Part shown: positions 33,802-44,154 of the stretch, piece after piece
How the letters are laid out: the number at the start of each line of letters is the position of its first letter
How positions within the stretch are numbered: the stretch's first letter is position 1
NCBI GenBank assembly: GCA_038087875.1
Contig: CM075990.1
Span: forward strand, 2,420,001-2,484,000
DNA length: 64,000 bases
Reading direction: 5' to 3'
DNA from: Malacoraja senta
Lineage: Eukaryota
Made by a program: the position numbers and the translations under genes
The notes under the pieces: model-generated
What the model saw: only the letters and a program-made list of their open reading frames with translations
What the model was told of the DNA's origin: nothing
The model's database searches: none

Positions 33802-34913
33802 TTAGAATTGGCAGAAGATACCAACACTTTTCATCTGAACAGCTCTTCAGCAGCACAGTGGCACAGCAGTAGACCTGTTGCCTCACAGCGCCAAAGACCC
33901 AGGTTCAATCCTGACAATGGGTGCTCTTTGTGTGGAGTTTGCACGTTCTCCCCGTAACCGTGTGGGTTTACTCCATTAGCTCCGGTTTCCTCCCATATCC
34001 CAAACATGTGCAAATTTGTAGGTTAATTGACTTCTGTAAACTACAGTGGTTGCGGAAGTGGGATAACATAGAACTAGTGTGAACGGTTGATCAATGGTGT
34101 GCATGGGCTCGGTGGGCTGAAGGGCCTGTTATCATGCTGTATCTCTAAACTAAACTAAACTAAACTAAACTAGTCTGTTTTGTATAATCACTGCCGGAGC
34201 CTAGCTATAGGAAGGATGTTTTTAAATTGGAAAGGGTGAAGGAAAGGATTCACCAGGATTATACCTGGGTTTGCAGGCTAGAGTTATAGAGAGAAGTTGG
34301 ATGGACTAGACCTTGAGTTTAGAAGGATGAGAGGAAGGACATTACTGAGGTGGACAATGGATGAAATGAACGCTCACAGCGTTTTTCCTGGGCTAGAGGA
34401 TTCTAAAACTAGAGGCCAATAGGCTGAACGAGAGAGGGACAAGATTGAAGAGAGACCTCAGGAGCAACTTATTCACTTAGATTGTAGCCTATATCCCTCG
34501 CATGTGACATAAAAAGCTTATCACTGTATATTGGTACAGGTGACAATAAACTAAACTAAACTCAACTCAACTCAACTAAACATTGCTCAAGTTACAGCTC
34601 AATTCAAGACAAGTTGGTTTTGATGTCCTTTCTTAAATGCAGGCACTGTGTATATCAGGAACATGATGTCAGGTGTAGGAAGGAACTACAGGTGCTGGTT
34701 TACACCGAAGATAGACTCAAAATGCTGGAGTAACTCAGTGGGACAGGCAGCTTATCTGGAGAGAAGGAATGGGTGACGTCTCGTGTCGAGACCATTCTTC
34801 AGTGAAGGTTCAGAAAAGAGATGCTGGATGGCACAAGGCCTGTACTTGCTGGAGTTTAGAAGAATGAGGGGGGACCTCATTGAAATGTACAGAATAGTGA
34901 AAGGCTTGGATAG

Positions 34914-35311
34914 TGTAATGGCAAATATCCAACTTTTCCAGTGTCCTCTTTTGCATTACCATAACACAGGTAAGTAGGAGTGATCTTACGCAGAACAAAT
35001 AGAACAGATCTTACAGTCATTATTTCCAGTTTAATTGATTGTTTATTGAAGTAGTTGTACAAACAAAGAGATGAACGTACCACGCTTTCCTTATTCTGCA
35101 TACAAGTAGCTGGCTGTTCTCCCTGGTCTGGTGAAAGGTATGCGCTCCATCCCTGTGTCTGCCTCTTCCTGTCCCCTATACCCATATATACACGCCACTC
35201 TGTGCATCTAATGACCACCCCAAGTGCCCAAAAATAATACTGCAAGATATATCTAGACAAAATAATATAATATGCCAACAGTAACTAGCCTAGACATAAA
35301 TGGCTCCTACA
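34914..35311 (-). mobile_element. Possible solo LTR inserted in a HER1 fragment
   Basis: TGTA...TACA termini; splits the HER1 sequence GGATAG|AGTGGA; minus-strand AATAAA near 35043; TSD degenerate (GATAG/CATGG). Confidence 0.5.
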
Positions 35312-36799
35312 CATGGAGTGGAAGTGGAGATGATGTTTCCATTAGTGGGAGAGTCTAGGACTAGTCATAACCTCAGAATTAAAGGACGTTCTTTTAGGAA
35401 AGAGATGAGGAGGAATTTCTTTAGCCAGAGGGTGGTAAATCTGTGGAATTCTTTGCCACAGAAGGCTGTGGGGACCAGTGGATATTTTTAAGGCAGAGAT
35501 AGATAGATTCTTGATTACTACAGCTGTCAGGTGTTATGGGGAGAAGACAGGAGAATGGGGTTAGTAGGGGGAGATAGATCAGCCATGATTGAATGGCAGA
35601 GTAGACTTGGTGGGCCAATGGCCTAATTCTGCTCCTATCACATGATCTTATGATCTTATAATGCTGCCTGTCTCGCTGAGTTACTCCAGCATTTCATATC
35701 TATCTACATGATATGCGAAGGACTCATAACACCAACATATTGGCCAGTTCAAAGGACCATAAGGACAATGAGTATTGTGACAGAAAGGATGAGTGTGGAT
35801 CTGGTGTCAAATGGATCAAGGACTCATGGTCAATTTGCTGGACCATGGGGCAAAGATCAGACAGGTGAAGAGGTCACAGATCAGGCGTTGGAAAGGTCAA
35901 ACACCAGGGTCAGGTGGTACAAGGGTCAAGAGGTCATGGGTCAAGTGTCTGCCCAGTCCTAATATCCTTGGACTTTTAGCATCAAGAGCGCAGAGTCCTT
36001 CTTCCCTGTGGCTATCAAACTGGACAACTCATCCCACTTCTGTCGTGGGGTAGACTGACTCCCCTTCCCCTCCCCCCTCCCCCCCTCCACAATTCTTTGC
36101 ACATCCACAATCCTTTCCACTCGTCACTTTAATTTCATGTTTCATGTATCTTGTGGTTTATGACTGTTGGCAGATCAATTTCCCTCCTGAGATAAATAAC
36201 GTGATATCGTATCGTATTATATAGCAATCCCTTGGGCCTTGGCTGAATTAACAATGCCTGTTATTTGAACCAAAGGTTAAAGTTGCAACCTATGACAGCT
36301 GACAATGGTATTGAGAAAAACTTAGAGACAACTTTAAGCCTTTCAGGTGATAGCAAGACAAGGCCGCAGTGATGTGTAGATTAGACTCCTCTTGCTCGTC
36401 CACCATCATAAAGAAGGGTCCAGACCCAAAATGTCGTCATGTCCACTTTCCTACACAGATCTTGCTTGACTCATTGGGTTCCTCCAGCACATTGTGTTTC
36501 TTGCTCGAGATCCCGGCATCTGCGGTCATGTTGCGTCTGTGACTCTCTTGTTCTACGTTTCTCGGACCCCGCCTCAAGCGTGATATGAACTCTTCCCTTC
36601 CATCCTTAATTATCAGGACTTGAGGAAGGGTCAAGGGTCAAGGGTCAAGAGTGTTTCATTGTCATAGGTGCTGACAACAGAACAATAAAATTAGGCATCA
36701 CGGCGGCGCAGCGGTAGAGTTGCTGCCTCACAGCGCCAGAGACCCGGGTTTGATTCTGACTATGGGTGCTGTCTGTACGGAGTTTGTACGTTCTCCACG

Positions 36800-37340
36800 T
36801 TGGTCTCCTAATCTAAGGAAATACATTCTTGCCATAGAGGGAGTACAGAGAAGGTTCACCAGACTGATTCCTGGGATGTCAGGACTTTCATATGAAGAAA
36901 GACTGGATAGACTCGGCTTGTACTCGCTAGAATGTAGAAGATTGAGGGGGGATCTTATAGAAACGTACAAAATTCTTAAGGGGTTGGACAGGCTAGATGC
37001 AGGAAGATTGTTCCCGATGTTGGGGAAGTCCAGGACAAGAAGTCCAGGACAAGGGGGAAGTCGTTTAGGACCGAGATGAGAAAAACATTTTTCACACAGA
37101 GAGTGGTGAATCTCTGGAACTCTCTGCCACAGAGGGTAGTTGAGGCCAGTTCATTGGCTATATTTAAGAGGGAGTTAGAAGTGGCCCTTGTGGCTAAAGG
37201 TATCAGGGGGTATGGAGAGAAGGCAGGTACAGGATACTGAGTTGGATGATCAGCCATGATCATATTGAATGGCGGTGCAGGCTCGAACGGCCGAATGGCC
37301 TACTCCTGCACCTATTTTCTATGTTTCTATGTTTCTATGT
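36800..37340 (+). mobile_element. HER1-like CR1 3' end nested in an HE1 SINE
   Basis: WSPNLRKYILAIEGVQRRFT...; (TTTCTATG)n tail; the SINE resumes at 37340. Confidence 0.88.
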
Positions 37341-38429
37341 GACCGTGTGGGTTTTCTCCGGGTGCTCCGGTTTCCTTTCCCACTCTAAAGATGTCCTGGT
37401 TTCTAGGTTAATTGGCTTTGGAAAAATTGTAAATTTTCCCTCGTGTGTAGGATCGTGCTAGTGTATGGGGTGATCACTAGTCGGCATTGGACTACGTGGG
37501 CCGAAGGACCTGTTTCCCAACTGTATCTTTAAACTAAGCAAAACTCTAAACTAAGCAAACTTCCAGCTCACACGGAGTTTGAAAACATCTGGAAATAACC
37601 ATATAACCATATAACAATTACAGCACGGAAACAGGCCATCTCGACTCTTCTAGTCCGTGCCGAACACGTATTCTCCCCTAGTCCCATATACCTGCGCTCA
37701 GACCATAAATATAACCAAATATAACCAAATAAAATAAATTGGTGTTGTATCAACTGGTTGGCGTGGACTCGGTGGAACGAAGGTCCTGTTTCCGTGCTGT
37801 ATCTCTACAGTCTACAGTCTAATGGCCAGTAACTGCAATGGACTGGCCAGTGTTCAACACTTTTTGTAATCTGCTTCATTCATGGGCGTTCTAGTTGCCG
37901 ACCCAGGCTGTGATGGAACCAGTGAATACGTTCTCCATCGCATTCGGTGTGAAGTGTGGGCTTCCTCTCACCCTGCCCTTTCATTCCTTCAGGTGATCCC
38001 AACGTTTAGGAAACAGTTAGACAGGTACATGGATAGGGCACGATTAGAGGGATATGGGCCAAACGCAGGCAGGTGGGACTAGTGCAGCTGGGACATGTTG
38101 GCCGGTGTGGGTAAATTGGGCCGAAGGGCCTGTTTCCACGCTGTATCACTCTTTGACTTTATGACTCTATGTATAATGGTGGACTCTGGCCGATCAGTCC
38201 ATTCTAATCTTATGTGGAATGAAGTTGCTGAAGAATTCCACTGAGAAACCAAACAAATCCCAGAGCCAACCAAGCCTGTTCCACACAATGACCTTATCGG
38301 CTTTGTGTGCTATCTAATCTGTATCAAGCTAAATCACCCACCTGTTTTGTTTTTATTCTTACCATTTACCTGGAGCTCAGTCCACGTTCTGGAAATAGCA
38401 TTCAATGTTAGTGGACTGTGTTGGGATTT

Positions 38430-39200
38430 GTCATAGTGTGATACTGTGTGGAATCAGGCCCTTCGGCCCAACTTGCCCAACATGTCCCAGCTAGTCCCAC
38501 CTGCCCAGGTTTGGTCCATATCCCTCCAAACCAGCCCTATCCATGTACCTGTCTAACTGTTTCTTAAATGTTGGGGTAGTCCCAGCCTCAACTACCTCCT
38601 CTGGCAGCTTGTTCCATACACCCACCACCCTTTGTGTGAAAATGTTACCCCTCTTAGAAAATGATTCCTATTAAATCTTTTCCCCTTCACCTTAAACCTA
38701 TGTCCTCTGGTCCCTGATTCACCCACTCCGGGCAAGAGACTCTGTGCATTTACCCGATCTATTCCTCTCATGATTTTATGCACCTCAATAAGATATCCCT
38801 CCTCATCCTCCAGCGCTCCAAGTAATAGAGTCCCAGCCTACTCAACCTCTCCCTGTAGCTCAGACCCTCTAGGCCTGGCAACATCCTTGTAAATCTTTTC
38901 TCTACCCTTTCCAGCTTGACAACATCTTTTCTATAACACGGTGCCCAGAACGGAACACAATACTCCAAATGCGGCCTCACCAACGTCTTGTACAACTGCA
39001 ACATGACCTCCCAACTTCTCTACTCAATACTCTAACTGATGAAGGCCAATGTGCCAAAAGCCTTTTTGACCACCCGAACTACCTGCAACTCCACCCTCAA
39101 GGAACCTTACACCTGCACTCCTCGATCCCACTCCCCAGAGCCCCACCATATACAGTGTAGGTCCTTCCCACGTTAGACTTCCCAAAATGCAACACATTTC
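38430..39200 (-). mobile_element. CR1 LINE 3' fragment (second subfamily)
   Basis: LYKTLVRPHLEYCVPFWAP and TRGHRFKV motifs. Confidence 0.85.
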
Positions 39201-40069
39201 TCTGCAGTAGATCCACCAGGTGTTGGCTTATGATTGTCACGTGTACTGAAATACAGTGGAAAAGGTTTTTTTCTTGTGTGCATACCTTGAAGATTAGACC
39301 ATACAATGGTAGGAGATTGTCTCCTTGTGATTGATCCCGTCAGCCTAACCAGGCCTCATTCATTCATGTGTATAACATCATGAGAGGAATACATTGGGTA
39401 GATGCACGGAGTCTCTTGCCCAGGGTAGGGGAATCGAGTTCTCTAGCTAGGAGTCCTATCCCCTCTGTAATGTCCCCTTCTCTCATCTCCACCAACTCCT
39501 CCTCCAATTCCACCTCTTTAAAGGAAGAACCATCCTGACCTGATGGTCTGGCCATTTCCTCCACAAATACTTTGTGTCCTTTTGTGTAAACTAGCAACTG
39601 CAGTTCATTGTTTCTTCTTTTGTTGACGTCTGTACACAACACTATTTGGTGTCTTTCCTAGGTAAACCAGCATCTGCAGTACTTCTATATTTTGCCTTAC
39701 AGAGCTAGAGACCCGGGTTCGATCCTGACTACGAGTGCTGTCTGTACGGAGTTTGTACGTTCTCCTCGTGACTGCATGGATTTTCACCGGGTGCTCCGGT
39801 TTCCTCCTACACTCCAGGAGAAATCTAGGTTAATTTGGCTTCTGTAAAATTGTCCCGAACGTGTAGGATTGTGTTAGTGTACGGGGATCGCTGGTCGGCG
39901 CAGGCCTGTTTCCACGCTGTATTCCTAAACTAAATTAGTTTTATGTATTATGGATGGCTTGATTGCAATCATGTATAGTCTTTTCATAGCACGCAACAAA
40001 AAAGCTTTTCACTGTACTGCAGTACACGTGACAATAAACTAAACTAAACTGAGCATTGGCCACTGCCAG

Positions 40070-40474
40070 CAAAGATCCTATAGTGGAGCAAGATCGACCA
40101 CTCCTTCTAAATGCAATGGGCTGACGTTTAGTACGCAACGGAGCGCAACGTGGGCCTTTTTTCCATCCATTTCAGTAACCCGACCCGACCCGACCCGACC
40201 CGACATGCAGTGTAATCAACGTTGCGGGGGGACAGCTTGTGTTAATAAATTAAAATTCTGAAAATGAGGAGAAGATTTTTACCAACTAACTTTTATTTTT
40301 TTTAGGATGTTTCCGTAACTGGCTTCCGTCTCCGCACTATTATCCTATGGGATCTTTGGTGTGGAGACGGAAGCCGGTTACGGAAATGGGGCCGAAAATT
40401 ACCCATGGATCTGCCCATGTCCGTACTATGTCTTTTTCGTCGAGTGGTCTATCTTGCTCGCTATAGGATCTTTG
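40070..40474. mobile_element. hAT-type MITE (same family as 26560)
   Basis: TIR CAAAGATCCTATAG...CTATAGGATCTTTG; perfect 8-bp TSD ACTGCCAG. Confidence 0.92.
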
Positions 40475-41987
40475 ACTGCCAGTGTCTCATCCATTCAAAG
40501 GGCTTGGGAACAGTGTGCTGTGGCTTCCCTGCATAACAATAAATGTTTTCTTTAGACTTTAGAGACACAGCGTGGAAACAGGCCCTTCAGCCCACCGAAA
40601 GCTGCCAGCAGGGACAGGCAGCATCTCTGGAGGGAAGGAATGGGTGACGTTTCGTGCCGAGACCCTTCTTCAGACTGAGTGTCAGGGGTGAGGGAGATAT
40701 GGAAGGGTAAGGTGTGAAAACACAGATCAAAGTGGACGATGCTCAAGGAAATGTAGAATGGTGTATTGGTAGATGAGGGGGGAGTGACAACCAGACATAC
40801 AATCAGCAATGATAAAAGGAACATTGTTAGCTGTTTTTCTAGGTGAGAACGAGAAGCTGGTGCGACTTGGGCAGGGAGGGATGGAGAGAGAGGGAATGCA
40901 GGGGTTACTTGAGGTTACAGAGGGCTGGATTGTAACGCTGGGAGTTAGCTCAGTCAGCTTGTCTCCACTTTCATATCTACAACAGCCTGTAACTGGTTGG
41001 GTACTTTACAATTTCAGACCTTTGGAGTGGAGTGACATTGGGCGATGAAAGGCGGTTCATTAAATGAAAGATTTAGACGATGCTCGAGGAGCCCATTCGT
41101 CTCCCTGGACCAGCTTTTGTGAGCAAGCTTTTCCATGGCGAGTGTGTCGAGGGCCACGGAGAAAAGCACCAAAATCATTACGTTAATGGATGCTGGCTCG
41201 ATTAAGTTCAGTCGCTCTTTGAAACTTGCAAAGTAATTTTTCAACTTTTGTCGTCAGCTTTCTCACCGCTTTCAACCCGTCCTTGACTATCAATGTCTCC
41301 GCAGTGCCTCACCATTGATTTGATGTGATGTAATCTTTGCGGAGCAACTGAATTTACTGCAGTCCAAACAGGGCAAGATTAAAGTGTGAATGATTTATTA
41401 AATTCTGGATCTAAATAAAACTTGGCACACGTTGAATCAGTTTTAATTGCTACCAACAATTTGAATCACTGCTCCCCTTCTCCTTACAGATGAAGTGATA
41501 ACTCCCCTTTGTTCCACCGCTTCTCCGGCTGAGATTGACGAGCCGAGGGTTTAACACTGTAAGTGCCGGGGCAACAGAAAGGTTTACATCCTAGCAGAGC
41601 GAGATGTCTGTCGGAGAACACATAAGTTCATGTTCATAAGTGATAGGAGAAGAATTAGGCCATTCAGCCCGTCAAGTCTACTCCGCCATTCAATCATGAC
41701 TGATCTATCTCTCCCTCCTAACCCAATTCTCCTGCCTTCTCCCCGTAACCCCTGAAGCCAGTACTAATCAAAAATCTATCCATCTGCCTTAAAAATATCC
41801 ATTGACTTTGCCTCCACAGACGTCTTTGGCGATGAATTCCACAGATTCACTCACCACCCTCTGACTAGAGAAATTCCTCCTCATCTCCTTCCTAAAGGAA
41901 CATCCTTTAATTCTGAGGCTATGACCTCTGGTCCTAGAGTGGAAACATCCTCTCCACATCCACTCTATCCAGGACTTTCACTATTCA

Positions 41988-42801
41988 GACTGATCCGCTG
42001 CAGACTGCAGGAGTACGTGCTGAGGGACGCACTGAAGCTCGGTGCAGCCAACGCCAAGGCTCTGTGGGGGAGGACCGCAATCTAGGGTCCTTCCGCTGCT
42101 GGACATTAGGGGGGCAGGGTACGGTGGGGACACCCCTCAAAGGGAAGGAATATCACCTTAGTGGGCCATAGGGATGGATGGCATGGGTGTAAGGGTGTTT
42201 TGTGTAAAGACAGATAAGAACAATACTGAGTATGACAATATGGAAATTATGGACATGAATGTATGTTTGCACAGTTTTTGTTTCAGTTTAGTTTGGTTTA
42301 GAGATACAGCGTGGAAACAGGCCCTTCGGCCCACCGAGTCCGCACTGACCAGCAATCCCCGCACACCAGCTCTATCCTACACACACTAAGGACAATAAAA
42401 TATTTTAACAAAGCCAATTAATCTGTACATCTTTGGAGTGTGGGCGGAAAAGCGAAGATCTCAGAGAAAACCTACGCGGTCAGGGGGAGAACGTACAAAC
42501 AAGCACCTGTAGTCAGGATCGATCCTGGGTCTCTGGCGCTGCAAGGCAGCAACTCGACCGCATTGTTTTGTACACATTGGCACATTGAGGGGCAGGGTGT
42601 GGTGGAGAACACCGCTCAGACAACGGGTGCTTTCATTGGGCGCATGGTATAATGATAGTTTCGGGAACATTACTAAACATAACACTAATGAATGTATGTC
42701 TAGGTGCTGAGAATGTGGGAAGATTTTTGGCACTGTTCTTGGTTTGTATGTATTTTTTGTTATTATTCTCAATAAAGTTTACAGTATTTTTGGGAAAAAA
42801 A
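41988..42801 (+). mobile_element. L1/Tx1-like LINE 3' end (SINE inserted at ~42280-42565)
   Basis: Reads LIRCRLQEYVLRDALKLGAANAKALWGRTAI*, resembling a Tx1 ORF2 end; T-rich 3'UTR, AATAAA and an A-run. Confidence 0.55.
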
Positions 42802-43421
42802 GAATAAGTTCGCCTTCAAATTATTCGGCCAGAATGTCAAATAACTTGTGAAACCGACAAAAAATAAGTGGGAGAATCCAAGGTACTTTTGTGTCCCTGC
42901 TCTGCCAGTCTTGTCAAAGACCTCCATCAGTAAAAAGGACACAAATTCATTCAATTAGAGATGTGGATTAACCTCAAGGAAACCATTTGTATCTCTGGCC
43001 CAAGGGGGCGGTGCGGTGGGGCAGCGGTAGAGTTGCTGCCTCACAGCGCCAGAGACCCGGGTTCGATTCTGACTACGGGTGCTGTCTGTATGGAGTTTGT
43101 ACGTTCTCCCCGTGACCTGCGTGGGTTTTCTCCAGATTCCTCCCACACTCCAAAGACATACAGGTTTGTAGGTTAATTGGCTTAGGTAAAATTATAAATT
43201 GTCCCCAACATGTAGGATAGTGCTAGTGATTGCTGGGTGATCGCTGGTCGGCGCGGCCTCGGTGGGCTGAAGGGCCTGTTTCCATGCTGTATCTCTAAAC
43301 TAAAATTAGCGGTGAGTAAGCCTTTAGAGGATACTAGACTAAGTGGGACCCATTGGGTCCCAGCTTCACATGGGATTGCTGGTCCCCCAATGTAATATTC
43401 CAGCTCTCCACCAATTCCAAT

Positions 43422-43539
43422 ATACACACACACTCACACACACACAGACTCACTCACACACACACACACATGCACACACACATACACACACACTCACACA
43501 CACAAACACACACACACAGGCTCACACACACACACACAT

Positions 43540-43584
<45 letters not shown>

Positions 43585-43686
43585 CAGGCTCACACACACA
43601 CACACAGACTCACACACACACGCAGACACACACACATACACACACACACACACACATACATACACACTCACACACTCACATACACA

Positions 43687-43723
<37 letters not shown>

Positions 43724-43770
43724 TCACATTCACATATACAGTCACACTCACACACACTGATGCACACACC
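43422..43770 (+). repeat. Imperfect (CA)n microsatellite, ~350 bp
   Basis: Directly visible. Confidence 0.97.
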
Positions 43771-43980
43771 ATTTATATGACAGTAAACTTTCTTGAATCT
43801 ACTCACACGGCTGAGCGCAGCCTCTCCACTGTGGGGCTTCCGCAGTCAGCGGTACTTCCGCAATCAGCGTGACCTCTGCACTTACCGGAAATTACGCTAT
43901 CAGTGGGACCTCTGCATCACCGGAAATGACGCAATCAGTCCACTAAGCGGAAGTCACGAAATGAGCGGGACTTTTAGACT

Positions 43981-44154
43981 AAATACAGTCGGACCTAATA
44001 AAGCATTTATTCCTTCCAAACACAGTCGGACCTAAAAAAGCATTTATTCCTTCCAAACTCAGTTGGACCTAATAAAGCATTTATTCCTTCCAAACACAGT
44101 TGGATCTAATAAAGCATTTATTCTTTCCAAACATATGCGGATCTAATAAAGCAT
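43981..44154 (+). repeat. 37-bp minisatellite, ~4.7 copies
   Basis: Unit AAACACAGTCGGACCTAATAAAGCATTTATTCCTTCC. Confidence 0.92.

Noticed and set aside
36626..36650. (AGGGTCA)3 as a DR1 element
   Set aside because: It is the reverse-complement microsatellite tail of a LINE 3' end.
41014..41244. 76-aa ORF as a host gene exon
   Set aside because: No recognisable homology or clear splice context; kept only as a CNE candidate.
43343..43806. His/Thr-rich and Cys/Val-rich ORFs
   Set aside because: Translation of the (CA)n microsatellite.
43981..44154. 37-bp repeats as a CRISPR-like array
   Set aside because: Head-to-tail units without unique spacers, in a eukaryotic TE context.
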